Assembly (NCBI GenBank): GCA_017628235.1
Contig: JAGBZM010000003.1
Span: 1 to 54,228 of the forward strand
DNA from: Lentisphaeria bacterium
GTDB taxonomy: Bacteria; Verrucomicrobiota; Lentisphaeria; Victivallales; Victivallaceae
Length of the DNA: 54,228 nt
Direction: 5' to 3'
Part shown: one piece after another, positions 37,916 to 45,601 of the stretch
Layout of the letters: each line of letters starts with the position of its first letter
Numbering within the stretch: position 1 is the stretch's first letter
Translations under genes and position numbers: made by a program
The notes under the pieces: model-generated
The model's database searches: none
What the model was told of the DNA's origin: nothing
Seen by the model: only the letters and a program-made list of their open reading frames with translations

Positions 37916-39342
37916 TGAAAGCATTTAGAGCCATTGTAGCTTTGACCTTCCGCAATGCGGTGCGGTCGCATATTTTTCAATTGCTGCTGCTTTTGCTGCT
38001 GTTGTGTGTCACCGTCATTCCGGTGTCGGTGTCCGTCGGCAAACCGGAAGATCTGATCCGGGTTTCGCTGCTGTACAGTTTGTGGGCGGTCAGCATCATT
38101 CTTACTTTGTCATCACTGTGGCTGGGCTGTTACATCATGTCTCACGACATTGATACCTATCAGATCCACATGGTGGTTTCCAAACCGGTTTCCCGGATCA
38201 CGGTCTGGCTGGGCAAATGGACCGGCATCAATATGATAAATATTGTTCTGCTGCTGTTGTCGGCTCTGGCGGTGTATGCGATGGTGATGTTCCGCTACCA
38301 GAGTGCCGGGGAAGAGGGGGCATTGGCGGATCGTCAGCTGGCGCGGGAGAATGCGAAGTCGGAAAAAGAGAGGATCCGTTCTCAGGTGCTGGTTGGCCGC
38401 CGCAGTTATCTGCCCAAAGCGCGTGATCCGGAAAGGGCGGCAGAATTTGCGGTTCGCCGCCGGGTCATGGAGCTGCAGAAAGAGGGCAAACAGCTGCCGG
38501 ATTCGGAATTGATAAAGATGCGTGATGAGATCAAATCGCAGATCGACAAACTTCCGATCGAAGTGCAAAGCGGTGAAGCTTACCGCTGGATCTTTGAGAA
38601 TGTGCCGCAGGAGTTGAATGATACTTCGCTGATCCTGCGTTACCGTCCGTATCTGGGCAAAGTTTCCAGTGAAGACCAGCGCGAGAGCAGTATGCAGTGG
38701 GCGGTATTTATGCCGCACACGGGACAGGACGGCAGTTACGCGCTTTATCCTTTTGCTCTGACCAACGGTCCGGAATCCCATTTTACCGGGGTTTTCCATG
38801 AGAAAGAATTGCCCAAAGGAGTGATAACCAAAGACGGTACGGTGCTGGTGGAAACGGCGAACTTTGACCGGATGGGCGGTAAACACTACTATCAGACAGC
38901 CGACGGACCGAAATTGTTGATCCCGGTATGCAGTTTTGAGATGAATTATCTGCGGGCGATACTGGTAATGACGATCCAATTGCTGTTGCTTTCCGGTCTG
39001 GCGTGTGCATTCGGCGGATTTCTGACGATGCCGACGGCGGTATTCATGGTGGTCAGTTATCTGCTCTTCGGTGCGTTGTCGATGGTATTGACTGATTCAT
39101 CGTTTTTCCTGGAGTCGGCGTGGGATCATGCCGGGCAATTTCTGGCCAAAGCACTGCTGCTGATAGTTATTCCTCTGCAGCATTTTGATGTAACGGATCT
39201 GCTGTCCGGCGGTGATCTGATCGAGTTTTCCTATATTGGGGAATTATTTTTCAAATATTTTCTGCTGCGCGGTGTGCCGTTGTTCCTTTTCGGCATCTGG
39301 CTTTACCGGCGGCGTGAAATGGGAGCTGCGGTGAGAAAATGA
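37912..39342 (+). CDS. ABC-2-family permease-like membrane protein with a soluble insertion of about 200 aa
   Basis: ATGA overlap with the ATPase gene. The N-terminal TM bundle has VVSKPVSRITVWLGKWTG (ABC-2/NosY-like motif). A charged coiled-coil-rich insert follows, then C-terminal TM helices. Confidence 0.7.
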   Translation: MMKAFRAIVALTFRNAVRSHIFQLLLLLLLLCVTVIPVSVSVGKPEDLIRVSLLYSLWAVSIILTLSSLWLGCYIMSHDIDTYQIHMVVSKPVSRITVWLGKWTGINMINIVLLLLSALAVYAMVMFRYQSAGEEGALADRQLARENAKSEKERIRSQVLVGRRSYLPKARDPERAAEFAVRRRVMELQKEGKQLPDSELIKMRDEIKSQIDKLPIEVQSGEAYRWIFENVPQELNDTSLILRYRPYLGKVSSEDQRESSMQWAVFMPHTGQDGSYALYPFALTNGPESHFTGVFHEKELPKGVITKDGTVLVETANFDRMGGKHYYQTADGPKLLIPVCSFEMNYLRAILVMTIQLLLLSGLACAFGGFLTMPTAVFMVVSYLLFGALSMVLTDSSFFLESAWDHAGQFLAKALLLIVIPLQHFDVTDLLSGGDLIEFSYIGELFFKYFLLRGVPLFLFGIWLYRRREMGAAVRK

Positions 39343-40961
39343 ACAGATTTCGCAATATGACTCTGATTTTGGCACTGCTGCTGATCACGGCCGGGGTGCT
39401 TTTCGGCATCCGGCGCATTGAATACCGGTTGGACAGGGAAATCAATGAGCAGAAGCTCCGTTTTACCGGGGCGGTCAATGATGCACCGCCGGCGGTGGTA
39501 TTCACGACGGTGGCTCTGGGAAGTTTCCGGGGGCTGTTGGCAGATATTCTCTGGCTGCGGTCGGAGATGCTCAAAGGTAAGAAAAATTATTTTGAAATGG
39601 TGCAGCTGGCGCGTTGGATCACGGACTTGCAGCCCAATTATTCCGGCGGTACGGCTTATCTGGCGTGGAATTTGGCGTACAATATTTCAGTGACCAGTTC
39701 GGATTACGAGGATCGCTGGTACTGGGTCAACGAGGGTATTCAGCTGATCCGGGACAAAGCGATGCTTTACAATCCGGATGATCCGCTGCTTTTCCGGGAG
39801 TTGTCATGGATATATCTGCATAAGCTGGGAAATCTGATGGATGATGCCAACTTGTATTACAAGAATCAGATGGCGATCCAGATGACCAATATTCTCGGCA
39901 GCACGACTCCGGATTGGGAATTGCTGGCTTCTGCTCCGGAGAGCAAGGAGGCGTTTCTCAAAAAGTATCCGGAAAATTCTCCATTCTGGGAGGCGGTGAA
40001 AAAAGCCGGATACAACAATTACGATGAGTTGTTCATAGCCTTTCGTACTCCGGTCAAAGCGGCATTGCCGGAACAGTTGCGCCTCTATCTGCCGCAGGCT
40101 GAATTTGCGGCACTGGATGCATTTTTCCGGGCGGAACTGCTCCGTAATAAATTGAAGCTTGATCCGAAAAAGATGGTCGAAATCGACCGGAAATACGGGA
40201 AAATGGATTGGCGTGTACCGGAATCGCAGGCGATCTACTGGGCGACCCTGGGGGTGGAAAAGAGTTCAGCCGGCGGCCGTACTCCGGATATCAACTGTGT
40301 GCGTATCGTATCGAACAGTCTGCAGGCGGCATTCCGCAGCGGCCGGATATTGATGCTGGGGGAGGATGGCCGGAGCATTCAGTCGGTTCCCAATCTGAAT
40401 CTGGCAGATTCGGCGTATGCGGCGTTTGAAGTCGGTGAAGCCGAATATGGCGGCAGCGGCGCGGGCAACAGTTTCCGCAGTGCCAAAATAAATTATCTCA
40501 AAGACGCCATTCCGTTGATCTACATCAACGGCAATATAACCAAGGCGCAGGAGTTCTTTGACCGGCTGGTGAAGATCGACGGCCCGCAGAAGCGCAACAA
40601 TCTGGATGAGTTTGTCATGGTCGAATTTGCCGAAGATGTACGCGATGCGGATGTGGAAAAGGCCAGTTCAGTTATCAGCGGTCTTATCCAGCGGGCGATC
40701 ATCAATTTGCTCTACGGCAACCGCGATGCAGCTGTGGCCAATGAACGGCTGGCACGTTACATTCATGGCAGTTATGTGCAGAGAAACAAGGATGTCAAGC
40801 GCAATGTCCTGCCGCCTTACAACCGGATCAAGCAGGGGATTATCGACAACAGCCGCCGCAATCTGCCTCCGGCACTGGTCAGCATTCTGGAAGCGGAAAT
40901 CGGTGCGGAAAAAGCTGATGCTGCTGAAAAATTTATTCCGAAGGAGACAACGGCGATGTGA
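39339..40961 (+). CDS. Membrane-anchored all-helical protein of unknown function
   Basis: ATGA overlap with the upstream gene. N-terminal TM MTLILALLLITAGVLFGI. 540 aa, helical-repeat-like, no family recognised. Confidence 0.6.
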   Translation: MNRFRNMTLILALLLITAGVLFGIRRIEYRLDREINEQKLRFTGAVNDAPPAVVFTTVALGSFRGLLADILWLRSEMLKGKKNYFEMVQLARWITDLQPNYSGGTAYLAWNLAYNISVTSSDYEDRWYWVNEGIQLIRDKAMLYNPDDPLLFRELSWIYLHKLGNLMDDANLYYKNQMAIQMTNILGSTTPDWELLASAPESKEAFLKKYPENSPFWEAVKKAGYNNYDELFIAFRTPVKAALPEQLRLYLPQAEFAALDAFFRAELLRNKLKLDPKKMVEIDRKYGKMDWRVPESQAIYWATLGVEKSSAGGRTPDINCVRIVSNSLQAAFRSGRILMLGEDGRSIQSVPNLNLADSAYAAFEVGEAEYGGSGAGNSFRSAKINYLKDAIPLIYINGNITKAQEFFDRLVKIDGPQKRNNLDEFVMVEFAEDVRDADVEKASSVISGLIQRAIINLLYGNRDAAVANERLARYIHGSYVQRNKDVKRNVLPPYNRIKQGIIDNSRRNLPPALVSILEAEIGAEKADAAEKFIPKETTAM

Positions 40962-41089
40962 TTTGATAAAATCGGTTCGGGTTGTCTTAAGCGGTGCCGG
41001 AGAGAAGCTGGAAGCTCCGGCCGGCAGAAAATTTTTCAGCATAAAGGTGTACTCCGGGAAAGGCCGGAGTACGGATAGTCATATCGGGG

Positions 41090-42373
41090 ATGAAAGTGGA
41101 GGAGTTTATATTCGGTTCACAGCCAGGCAGTACGGGGAACTGGATAATATTTGCAGTCAGTCTTGCCTGTGCATTGTTTGTGTCACATATCTGTTCATTG
41201 ATGGAGGCGGCGATATTGAGCGTTACGCCGAGTCAATTGGCGGAATTGCGTCAGAAGCATCCGGCGATCGGTGATGTGGCGCAGAATTTAAAACGCGAAA
41301 TAGATAAGCCGCTGGCGGTGATTCTGATTTTGAATACAGCGGCACATACGATCGGTGCTGCTGTCGCCGGTGCGAGTTTTGCGGAACTCGGCTACGGCAG
41401 ATATATGGGGATATTTTCACTGATTTTTACTCTGGTGATGGTGCAGTATACTGAGCTGCTGCCCAAAACACTGGGGGTCAGATTTAATACCGTGATATTG
41501 AAAGTGGCAGTCCGACCGCTGTATATTGCGACACTGGTACTGGCACCGCTGATCAAATTGACCAAGTTCATCAACCGTCCTTTTGAGGGCAAAACTCCGG
41601 CGCGTCCGACTCCTGCGGAAGAGATTTCCGCACTGGCGGCGATGGCGAGGAGCAATCAGACGATTTCCAGCCGTCAGGAGAGGATCATCCGGATGGTGCC
41701 GTCACTTTCGGAAAAGTGCGCCGAGGATGTGATGATCGCACTGGAAGATGTCTCATTTCTGGATGCCGACATGTCCCTGGATGATGCGATCAACGCTACC
41801 GGAGATGATTTTCACACCCGTTATCCGTTGTGCATCGAGGGTGATCGCAGCCGGGTGCCGGGGTATGTGAATATCAAGGAGATCATTCTGGCGGTGCAGC
41901 ATGGCAAGGGCGATATGAAAGTATCGGATATCATGCGGCCGATAGCGTTTGCTGATTCCGATGACAGTGCATCCAAACTGCTGGAGATGTTTGCCGCCCA
42001 GCACTGCCATATGACGATCATCCGCGATGCCGGTTCCGGAAAAACATGCGGTCTGGTAACGTTGGAAGATATTGTGGAAGAGTTGATCGGGGATCTGGAT
42101 GATGAATTTGATCCGCTGCCCCGGACATTTTACGCGCCGGGAGATAATCTCTGGGTGGTCGGCGGCGGGGTGCCGCTGGCTCAGCTGGCGCGGGATACGC
42201 AGCTGGATCTGCCGCGCCGGGCGGAATCGGTATCATCGTGGTTCGGCCGGGAACTTGGTTCACAGGTGAAAGTCGGTGACCGGCTGATATGGAAAAATGC
42301 GGAACTTTTTGTCCGCAAGATCCGCCGCCGTCAGGCGTGGGAATTTCATCTTAAACGCAGAAAACTTATGTAA
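41090..42373 (+). CDS. CNNM/CorC-HlyC family protein (DUF21 TM domain, CBS pair and CorC_HlyC domain)
   Basis: 427 aa with the DUF21 motif MEAAILSV, a CBS pair region and a C-terminal transporter-associated domain. Confidence 0.85.
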   Translation: MKVEEFIFGSQPGSTGNWIIFAVSLACALFVSHICSLMEAAILSVTPSQLAELRQKHPAIGDVAQNLKREIDKPLAVILILNTAAHTIGAAVAGASFAELGYGRYMGIFSLIFTLVMVQYTELLPKTLGVRFNTVILKVAVRPLYIATLVLAPLIKLTKFINRPFEGKTPARPTPAEEISALAAMARSNQTISSRQERIIRMVPSLSEKCAEDVMIALEDVSFLDADMSLDDAINATGDDFHTRYPLCIEGDRSRVPGYVNIKEIILAVQHGKGDMKVSDIMRPIAFADSDDSASKLLEMFAAQHCHMTIIRDAGSGKTCGLVTLEDIVEELIGDLDDEFDPLPRTFYAPGDNLWVVGGGVPLAQLARDTQLDLPRRAESVSSWFGRELGSQVKVGDRLIWKNAELFVRKIRRRQAWEFHLKRRKLM

Positions 42374-42390
42374 ATATTTTATGAAAGGAA

Positions 42391-43107
42391 ATGGTAAATA
42401 TGCCGCAGGATATCAGAAAATTTCAGCAGGATAAAATATTGGTGTCGCCGTCGATTCTGGCGGCGGACTTCTGTGAATTGGGTAAAGAGTGTGAGGAGGT
42501 GGTCGCTGCCGGGGCCGAGATGCTGCATCTGGATGTGATGGATGGCAAAATGGTACCTAATATCTCCTTCGGAGTACCGGTAATCACCTCTTTGCGTAAG
42601 CGCAATCAGGCGATTTTTGATGTACACCTGATGATCGACCGTCCGCTGTTTTACACTCCGGCATTTGTAAAAGCCGGGGCGGATCATATTACATTTCATG
42701 TGGAGAGTTCCGATGATCCTCTGAAAACGATCGAATGCATCCATTCTCACGGCTGTACTGCCGGTATGTCTTTGCGTCCGGGGACTCCGGCCGAGGCTCT
42801 TTTCCCCTATCTGGATAAATTGGAAATGGTGCTGGTAATGACCGTCGAACCCGGTTTCGGCGGACAGAGTTTCATGGAGGATCAGGTTCCCAAGATCGCG
42901 GCGTTCCGCCGGGAGATCCTCCGTCGCGGTTTGCAGTGCCACATTGAAGTTGACGGTGGTGTCAGCGGCAAAACGGTGGAAAAGGTGGTTGCCGCCGGAG
43001 CGAATGTACTGGTTGCCGGTACGGCGGTATTCCGGCATCCGGAAGGAATGGTTGCCGGGGTGCAGGCATTGCGTGATGCTCAGGATAAATTTGACAGTGC
43101 GCTGTAA
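42391..43107 (+). CDS. rpe: Ribulose-phosphate 3-epimerase
   Basis: Motifs SPSILAADF, HLDVMDG, FDVHLM and VEPGFGGQSF. The start may be ATG 42400. Confidence 0.93.
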   Translation: MVNMPQDIRKFQQDKILVSPSILAADFCELGKECEEVVAAGAEMLHLDVMDGKMVPNISFGVPVITSLRKRNQAIFDVHLMIDRPLFYTPAFVKAGADHITFHVESSDDPLKTIECIHSHGCTAGMSLRPGTPAEALFPYLDKLEMVLVMTVEPGFGGQSFMEDQVPKIAAFRREILRRGLQCHIEVDGGVSGKTVEKVVAAGANVLVAGTAVFRHPEGMVAGVQALRDAQDKFDSAL

Positions 43108-43128
43108 TTGTCAGCAGGAGATGCAGAG

Positions 43129-43512
43129 ATGGTGGAGCTGGATTTTCAGAAAAGCGGCGGTTTGATTCCGGCGGTGGCGCAAGATTGGCGTACCGGAGAG
43201 GTGTTGATGCTGGCTTATATATCACCGGAATCCTGGGCGGAAACGCTTGCTTCCGGTTATGCCACTTATTTTTCCCGCAGCCGGGGAAAGTTGTGGAAAA
43301 AGGGAGAATCCAGCGGCCATCTGCAGAAAATCCACGCGATACTGGTGGATTGTGATCTGGATACGGTGGTATTCAAAGTCGAGCAGCTCGGTCCGGGAGC
43401 CTGTCATACCGGGCACCGGAGTTGTTTTTACCGGGAAGTTGCAGGGGATGAACTGCGCGAAATATCCGGAACGGTCTTTGATGCGGAAAAGGTATATCAG
43501 GTGAAAAAATGA
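43129..43512 (+). CDS. hisI: Phosphoribosyl-AMP cyclohydrolase (stand-alone HisI)
   Basis: GLIPAVAQD...VLMLAY...SRSRGKLWKKGESSGH...DCDLDTV...GPACHTGHRSCF. ATG 43129 lies 8 nt after GCAGGAG. Confidence 0.9.
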   Translation: MVELDFQKSGGLIPAVAQDWRTGEVLMLAYISPESWAETLASGYATYFSRSRGKLWKKGESSGHLQKIHAILVDCDLDTVVFKVEQLGPGACHTGHRSCFYREVAGDELREISGTVFDAEKVYQVKK

Positions 43513-45587
43513 GTGCGATCATCAATTTGCTGCGCCGGGAACTGCCTGAAATAAAAATTTCGGAAAATTTGTCCTACAAAGAATTGACCTCTCTGGGATG
43601 TGGTTCGGCTTTGCTGCCGGTGCTGGTGGAACCGGACACGGAACTCCAACTGGTCAAATTGCTGAAGTTGCTGACTAAAAAGGAACTGCCGGTTTTTCTT
43701 TTCGGTGCCGGGACCAATCTGGTCGGCAGTGACCGCCGGATCGAAGCAGTCGGAATCCGGCTCTCCGGCAAGGCATTTTCCCGCGTGGCGATCGATGGAA
43801 ATTGTGTGGTGTGCGGCGCGTATGCCAAATTGCCGCTGCTGGCGTCTCTCTGCGGTAAAGCCGGATTGGGCGGTTTAGCTCCGTTATCCGGCATCCCCGG
43901 CAGTATCGGCGGGGCTTTGCGGATGAATGCCGGAGCCAATGGGCAAGAGATATCTTCATCGGTCAAATCGGTACGCGGTTACTTCACAGACGGTCGGGAA
44001 TATTCTGCCGGCCGGGATGATATCCAATGGTTTTACCGGGGCAACTCCATTCCGGAAGAGGTGATAATCACGGAAGCGGTCTTTGAATTGAGTCAGAGTA
44101 ACGCTGCGCTGGAAGAGGAGGAAATCTGCCTGGAGAATGACCGGCGGCGCAAACGGGAACCGGCGGGGCGTACTGCCGGATGTGCGTTCCGTAATGTTTC
44201 GGTACAGGACAGTGCCGGAAAACTTATTGATGAATGCGGTTTGCGCGGTTTGCGGGTCGGAGATCTGGTTGTCAGCGCAAAGCATGCCAACTACCTGATG
44301 AATATCGGTGATGCAACGGAAGCTGATTATCTGGAAATGGTACGGATATTGCGGCGGGCAGTCAGTGACAAACACGGCTTCTATCTGCGGACAGAGATAA
44401 TTCCGGTGAATCCGGAACTTGCCGGATTGATCGAGAGCGACACTCCGGCTCCCCGGGTGAATATTCTGTGCGGCGGGGTCAGCAGTGAACGGGAGGTCTC
44501 TCTGAAAAGCGGTGAAACAGTTACCCGGGCTCTGCGGAATGCCGGATTCAAAGTCGATCATACCGATATCCGGAAATGCGAAATTACCCGGAGTATGCAG
44601 GAAGCTGATGTGGTTTATCCGGTGCTGCACGGCGGATTCGGAGAGGATGGTACGCTTCAGCGGATGCTGGAGGATGCTTCTATCCGTTTTGTCGGTTCCG
44701 GTTCGGCGTCCAGCTGGCTGGTCATGGACAAGATCGCCACGAAAAAACTGCTGGACAAGATCGCGCTGCCGACAGCACGTTGGGCGGTGGTGACACGGGA
44801 AAACAGGCAGATCCCGGCGGAATTGCACTTTCCGCTGGTGGTGAAAGCTCCGTGTGAAGGTTCGACCGTCGGTATCGAGATCGTACAGAATGCGGAAAAC
44901 TGGGAAGATGCTCTGGACAAGGTTTTCAAATATGCCGATGAATTGCTGGTCGAGGAATTTATCAAAGGTACGGAAATCACCGTTCCCATTTTGAATGCGG
45001 TGGCGATGGAAGTCATCGAAATCGTTCCGCCGGCCGGTGGAGTGTACGATTGGGATGCCAAATATGTCTATAAAAACGGTACGACGGAGTACTTCTGTCC
45101 GCCCCGGTCACTGCCGGAAGCGGTAACGGCACTTGCCAGAGAATATGCCTTGAAATTTTATCATGCGGCCGGATGCCGGGATATTCTGCGGGTGGATTTT
45201 ATTGTGGATGCCGACGGTGTGCCGCGTGTACTTGAGGGTAATTCCCTGCCGGGCAACACCGATCACAGTCTGGTACCCAAAGCGGCACAACATGCCGGAA
45301 TGTCGATGGAAAAGATGACCGCACTGATGGTATACTGTGCGATGAAACGTTCCGGAGAGGCTCCGTTGACGGTGGCTCCGGCCAAATCGCGGGGAAAAAT
45401 TTCCGGATTTTTCAGCCGGTTATTCAACACATTGTGCAATATGTCCGGATTGTTTGCTGCCGCAGTTCTGCTTTATGCCGGTTATGCCCGGCAGGAAAGT
45501 TCCGGAAATCTTCCGTCACTGGTTCTGATTTCCGGAGGGATACTGGTCGCAATATTTGCTTTGTGCCGTCAATTTGACCGCCGTTGA
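43509..45587 (+). CDS. murB/ddl: Fusion protein: UDP-N-acetylenolpyruvoylglucosamine reductase (MurB), D-alanine--D-alanine ligase (Ddl) and a C-terminal two-helix membrane tail
   Basis: Residues 1 to about 305 are MurB-like (GAGTNLVGSD, GIPGSIGGALRMNAGANG, SAKHANYLMN). Residues 315 to about 615 are Ddl-like (ILCGGVSSEREVSLKSG, PVLHGGFGEDGTLQ, LEGNSLPG). The tail is LFAAAVLLYAGYA...LVLISGGILVAIFALC. There is an ATGA overlap with hisI. Confidence 0.88.
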   Translation: MSAIINLLRRELPEIKISENLSYKELTSLGCGSALLPVLVEPDTELQLVKLLKLLTKKELPVFLFGAGTNLVGSDRRIEAVGIRLSGKAFSRVAIDGNCVVCGAYAKLPLLASLCGKAGLGGLAPLSGIPGSIGGALRMNAGANGQEISSSVKSVRGYFTDGREYSAGRDDIQWFYRGNSIPEEVIITEAVFELSQSNAALEEEEICLENDRRRKREPAGRTAGCAFRNVSVQDSAGKLIDECGLRGLRVGDLVVSAKHANYLMNIGDATEADYLEMVRILRRAVSDKHGFYLRTEIIPVNPELAGLIESDTPAPRVNILCGGVSSEREVSLKSGETVTRALRNAGFKVDHTDIRKCEITRSMQEADVVYPVLHGGFGEDGTLQRMLEDASIRFVGSGSASSWLVMDKIATKKLLDKIALPTARWAVVTRENRQIPAELHFPLVVKAPCEGSTVGIEIVQNAENWEDALDKVFKYADELLVEEFIKGTEITVPILNAVAMEVIEIVPPAGGVYDWDAKYVYKNGTTEYFCPPRSLPEAVTALAREYALKFYHAAGCRDILRVDFIVDADGVPRVLEGNSLPGNTDHSLVPKAAQHAGMSMEKMTALMVYCAMKRSGEAPLTVAPAKSRGKISGFFSRLFNTLCNMSGLFAAAVLLYAGYARQESSGNLPSLVLISGGILVAIFALCRQFDRR

Positions 45588-45601
45588 AAATCAACCGGCG
45601 G
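45577..45601. terminator. Hairpin spanning the two convergent stop codons (weak bidirectional terminator candidate)
   Basis: ACCGCCGTT / AAC(C)GGCGG stem with a 7-nt loop, containing TGA (45585-45587) and TCA (45591-45593). No clear T-runs. Confidence 0.3.
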
